Source: an uncultured bacterium
GTDB lineage: Bacteria; Bacteroidota; Bacteroidia; Bacteroidales; Paludibacteraceae
DNA: 38,714 nt
Assembly: GCA_946183755.1 (NCBI GenBank)
Contig: CAMHCZ010000001.1
Location: 1 to 38,714, forward strand
Direction of reading: 5' to 3'
Of this stretch, positions 35,982 to 38,714 are shown in pieces (positions within the stretch are counted from its first letter, which is position 1; every line of letters starts with the position of its first letter). The notes beneath the pieces were generated by a model, which saw only the letters and a list, made by a program, of their open reading frames with translations, was not told the origin of the DNA and made no database searches. The position numbers were made by a program, and so were the translations under genes.

Positions 35982-36997
35982 AATTCATCACCTTTTATCG
36001 TCAATGGCATATCAATATTGTCTGTGAAAAGCAGTCCTGTGCCTAACCCTTGCGGCATAGTTATGTTTGGTCCGTAAGTCTTTGCGGTGTAATGCGCTAT
36101 GGCGTTCAAGCCAACATTACTTTCAAGGGCACTGGTAATCCAACTTCCTATGCCTCTTTCATCAGCTAGTCTTATCCACTCGTCACAGCCATTCATACCT
36201 CCATGAAGCGACGGCTTAAGTATTATGTATTGAGGCATGATGGTATCAAGAAGACGCTTCTTTTCTTCCTCCGTGTTCACGCCGATAAGTTCCTCATCAA
36301 GCCCTATTGGCAGCGGAGTGCTCTCGCATAGTCTTGCCATATCGTTCCACTGCTTTTGTTTTATGGGCTGCTCTATGGAGTGTATGTCATATTTTGCGAG
36401 CTCCTCCAGCCGTGCCATGGCGTCCTCCTTTGTGAATCCGCCGTTCGCATCCACTCTAAGCTCGATTTGCTCCCGGCTGAAGCACTCTCTTATGTGGCGT
36501 ATGAGTTCTATTTCTTTATCGAAGTCAATGGCTCCGATTTTCAGTTTAACGCAATGAAATCCAGCATTAAGTTTTTCCTCCAAGCGTCCGTACATTTCCT
36601 CGAACGTGCCCATCCACACAAGTCCGTTTATTCTTATGCCCTCCTCGCCACGTCCGAACGGCGTGTCGTACAACGCCACGCTGCCATTCGCCTCAAACTG
36701 CGCGAACGCGCTTTCCAGTCCGAACAGCATCGACGGATAGGGTCTGAGCCCGTCATAATCAATCACGCCGGATTCTTCCGCTTTCTTGCAGAAGGCCTTC
36801 AACACGTCCTCGTAATCCGGAATCGCGTCGCACGACAGGTCCGGCAACGTCGCGCACTCACCTATGCCCTTCACTCCCGGACGGTCGGTGTCGGTCAGTG
36901 TCAGGAAATAACTGTCGCGTGTCAAATAAACGCCCCTTGACGTGCCTGCCGGCTGCTTGAAATGAAATGTCCTTTTGCTTATGTCAATCTTCTTCAT
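35960..36997 (-). CDS. menC: o-Succinylbenzoate synthase (enolase superfamily)
   Basis: 345 aa. VKLKIG, RVDANGGF, IEQPIK, GLDEELI and ILKPSLHGG motifs. Its 3' end overlaps the menE start by 22 bp. Confidence 0.88.
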   Translation of the reverse strand: MKKIDISKRTFHFKQPAGTSRGVYLTRDSYFLTLTDTDRPGVKGIGECATLPDLSCDAIPDYEDVLKAFCKKAEESGVIDYDGLRPYPSMLFGLESAFAQFEANGSVALYDTPFGRGEEGIRINGLVWMGTFEEMYGRLEEKLNAGFHCVKLKIGAIDFDKEIELIRHIRECFSREQIELRVDANGGFTKEDAMARLEELAKYDIHSIEQPIKQKQWNDMARLCESTPLPIGLDEELIGVNTEEEKKRLLDTIMPQYIILKPSLHGGMNGCDEWIRLADERGIGSWITSALESNVGLNAIAHYTAKTYGPNITMPQGLGTGLLFTDNIDMPLTIKGDELWCLKNS

Positions 36998-37019
36998 TTG
37001 CCGAAAATCTTTTGCAATC

Positions 37020-37027
37020 CAAAGTTA
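37020..37027 (-). promoter_or_regulatory. Candidate -7 promoter element for menC-menE
   Basis: The minus strand reads TAACTTTG (TAnnTTTG), 23 bp upstream of the menC ATG. Confidence 0.3.
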
Positions 37028-37045
37028 GCAAATACATAACAAAAA

Positions 37046-37077
37046 AATCCCCACAGCACACGCCATAGGGATTTTCA
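37046..37077 (-). terminator. Weak hairpin after the antiporter gene
   Basis: AAAATCCC...GGGATTTT is an 8-bp, AT-rich stem with a 16-nt loop, followed on the minus strand by a T-run. Marginal as a terminator. Confidence 0.3.
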
Positions 37078-37096
37078 TTTATTCAAAACTTACTTT

Positions 37097-38392
37097 TTAC
37101 ACAAGCACGACATGCTCCAGATATATGCAGAACGCGCCAGCCAGATAGCCCACGAGAGCCAGCCAGCTGATATGCTTGAGATACCAGATGAAGTCTATCT
37201 TCTCCAGTCCCATTGCGGCAACGCCTGCAGCCGAACCGATAATCAGGATAGAGCCTCCTGTTCCAGCGCAGTATGCGAGCATATGCCAGAATGTGCCGTC
37301 AACAGCGAAGTCAAGCACTGATGGGTCTATCACATACATCTTCATAGATGCGGCCACGAGAGGCACATTGTCGATAATAGACGACAATACTCCTATCACA
37401 GTGTCGATTACATAAATATTTCCGCCGGTCACGTCGCGGAGCCACTCCGAAAGCTTGCTAAGCTGACCTGCCGCGCCGAGAGCGCCAACTGCCGTCAGAA
37501 TACCCAGGAAGAAGAAAATCGTAGGAGTCTCCACGCTCTTCAGGATATTGACAACCGAAAGACGCTTCTTTATCTCATTCGACTTTTTCTTGTGCATAAG
37601 TTCCGTAACCATCCACATGACGCCCAAGCCCAGGAGCATGCCCATGTAAGGTGGCAAGTGAGTAATGGTCTTGAACACCGGCACGAACAGCAGCAGACCG
37701 ACACCAAGAATCAGCAGCGCCATCTGCTCGCCAGGAGTTGTGATTGACTCTGCCTCCTTGCTCTCTGCCGGACGAATGATTTCGCCCTTCAATGTGAACG
37801 ACAGGATCGTCAGAGGAACAAGCATAGACACAAGACTCGGGATTATGATTCCTGTAATTATCTTGCCTGCAGTAATCTGTCCGCCTATCCACAACATGAT
37901 TGTTGTCACGTCACCGATTGGCGACCATGCTCCGCCGGCATTTGCCGCTATCACCACAATACTTGCGTATGTCCAGCGTGTGTGCTGGTCTTTGATAAGC
38001 TTACGCAGCAGAGAGAGTATTACAATTGTCGTCGTAAGGTTATCAAGCACAGCCGACATGAAGAATGTCAGGAAACTGATAATCCACAGCAGTTTGACCT
38101 TGTTTGTAGCGGTTATTCTGTCGGTGATTATCTTGAAACCGTTGTGCCTATCGACAATCTCGACGATAGTCATTGCCGCGAACAGGAAGAACAGTGTCTG
38201 AGCGGTCTCTGCCAGATTCTCATTCAGTTGCTCACCGACATGATGGATGTCACTGTCGCCTAACAAGATGAAAATCGTCCATGTCAAAACACCTATCAGC
38301 AACGCGGAAGCCGCCTTGTCGATTTTCAACGGATGTTCAAGCGCTATGCACAGATAGCCGACAATGAACACTACAATCATAAATATAGCCAT
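37097..38392 (-). CDS. nhaD: NhaD/ArsB-superfamily Na+/H+ antiporter (ion transporter)
   Basis: 431-aa polytopic membrane protein with about 11-12 TM segments and composition typical of NhaD-type antiporters. Motif-level assignment by eye is limited. Confidence 0.7.
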   Translation of the reverse strand: MAIFMIVVFIVGYLCIALEHPLKIDKAASALLIGVLTWTIFILLGDSDIHHVGEQLNENLAETAQTLFFLFAAMTIVEIVDRHNGFKIITDRITATNKVKLLWIISFLTFFMSAVLDNLTTTIVILSLLRKLIKDQHTRWTYASIVVIAANAGGAWSPIGDVTTIMLWIGGQITAGKIITGIIIPSLVSMLVPLTILSFTLKGEIIRPAESKEAESITTPGEQMALLILGVGLLLFVPVFKTITHLPPYMGMLLGLGVMWMVTELMHKKKSNEIKKRLSVVNILKSVETPTIFFFLGILTAVGALGAAGQLSKLSEWLRDVTGGNIYVIDTVIGVLSSIIDNVPLVAASMKMYVIDPSVLDFAVDGTFWHMLAYCAGTGGSILIIGSAAGVAAMGLEKIDFIWYLKHISWLALVGYLAGAFCIYLEHVVLV

Positions 38393-38418
38393 AGTTCTTA
38401 GATTTTTGGTTCTGTTTT

Positions 38419-38714
38419 TTAGTTCTGAGCGTAAGTCTTCACTTCCTCAGGGTTCAGGCTCTCAACGAAAGCGGCGTGCTTAGCGACCTCAGCCGAAGCG
38501 AAGTTCACAAACACCTTTGCCGACTTCACAAAGTCCGGACCGTTTTCCTTGATGGCTCTTGTTGCGTCGATAGCGAGCAGATAGCCCATAATCGTAAGAC
38601 CAGCCTGCTCCACGAGTCTTCTCGCCACAAAGTCGAGGTAAGTCTGACCCATGTCGCCAGCCGCAGCCTTCTTCGCCTCAACTGTCGCAACGGTCTTTTC
38701 GTAAATGCTTGTCA
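38419..38714 (-). CDS. 3' end of a CDS continuing beyond the window, possibly the C-terminal helical domain of an acyl-CoA dehydrogenase-family protein
   Basis: The frame is open from the window edge (...QSIYEKTVATVEAKKAAAGDMGQTYLDFVARRLVEQAGL...TYAQN-stop). The listed M at 38652 is internal. The product guess rests only on my recollection of similar C-terminal helices. It lies 26 bp upstream of the antiporter gene. Confidence 0.4.
   Translation of the reverse strand, partial: TSIYEKTVATVEAKKAAAGDMGQTYLDFVARRLVEQAGLTIMGYLLAIDATRAIKENGPDFVKSAKVFVNFASAEVAKHAAFVESLNPEEVKTYAQN

Noticed and set aside
1-38714. Looked for tRNA/rRNA genes, CRISPR repeats, IS or transposase or integrase genes, toxin-antitoxin pairs, restriction or defence modules, and riboswitch-sized leaders.
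   Set aside because: All intergenic spaces are at most 342 bp and AT-rich, without cloverleaf-like or repeat-spacer structure. Every ORF of meaningful length is accounted for by a housekeeping or envelope function. I therefore claim no mobile element or defence system.

Overview
This 38.7-kb window looks like core chromosome of a Bacteroidota (Bacteroidales-like) bacterium. The phylum call rests on several by-eye cues. Several gene starts are preceded by TAnnTTTG -7 promoter-like elements. The dcw gene order lacks murF and ddl. There is an FtsL-like gene of the Bacteroidota type and a short MenE.

Gene content, left to right:
(1) A low-molecular-weight protein-tyrosine phosphatase (+).
(2) A 16.6-kb, very tightly packed minus-strand division/cell-wall (dcw) cluster, mraZ-rsmH-ftsL-ftsI-murE-mraY-murD-ftsW-murG-murC-ftsQ-ftsA-ftsZ. 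An RluA-family pseudouridine synthase sits 5 bp downstream of ftsZ.
(3) A PlsC-like acyltransferase divergent from mraZ, a Ser-rich secreted protein of unknown function, a bifunctional Rel/SpoT, an M23 peptidase and alaS.
(4) A Fur/PerR-like regulator with a reverse rubrerythrin.
(5) pgeF, an M28-like protein, a coiled-coil lipoprotein and coaX.
(6) A menaquinone cluster: hotdog thioesterase-menF-menD-menB, convergent with menC-menE.
(7) An NhaD-type antiporter and the 3' end of a CDS that runs off the window.

I saw no tRNA or rRNA genes, CRISPR arrays, transposases or integrases, and no recognisable defence or toxin modules. I do not see convincing evidence for a new multi-gene system. The region is mostly ordinary housekeeping DNA.

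The observations most worth a second look are:
- a single frame break in the essential murD gene
- a phased GTG[G/T] repeat array that looks like an MraZ operator, plus a separate TATCGACAAA repeat array
- a secreted Ser/Arg-repeat, His-cluster, Tyr-rich protein
- an M28-like protein whose metal and catalytic positions look substituted
- a coiled-coil lipoprotein with O-glycosylation sequons
- an N-terminally minimal MenE

All calls come from reading the ORF translations and the DNA by eye. No searches were run.
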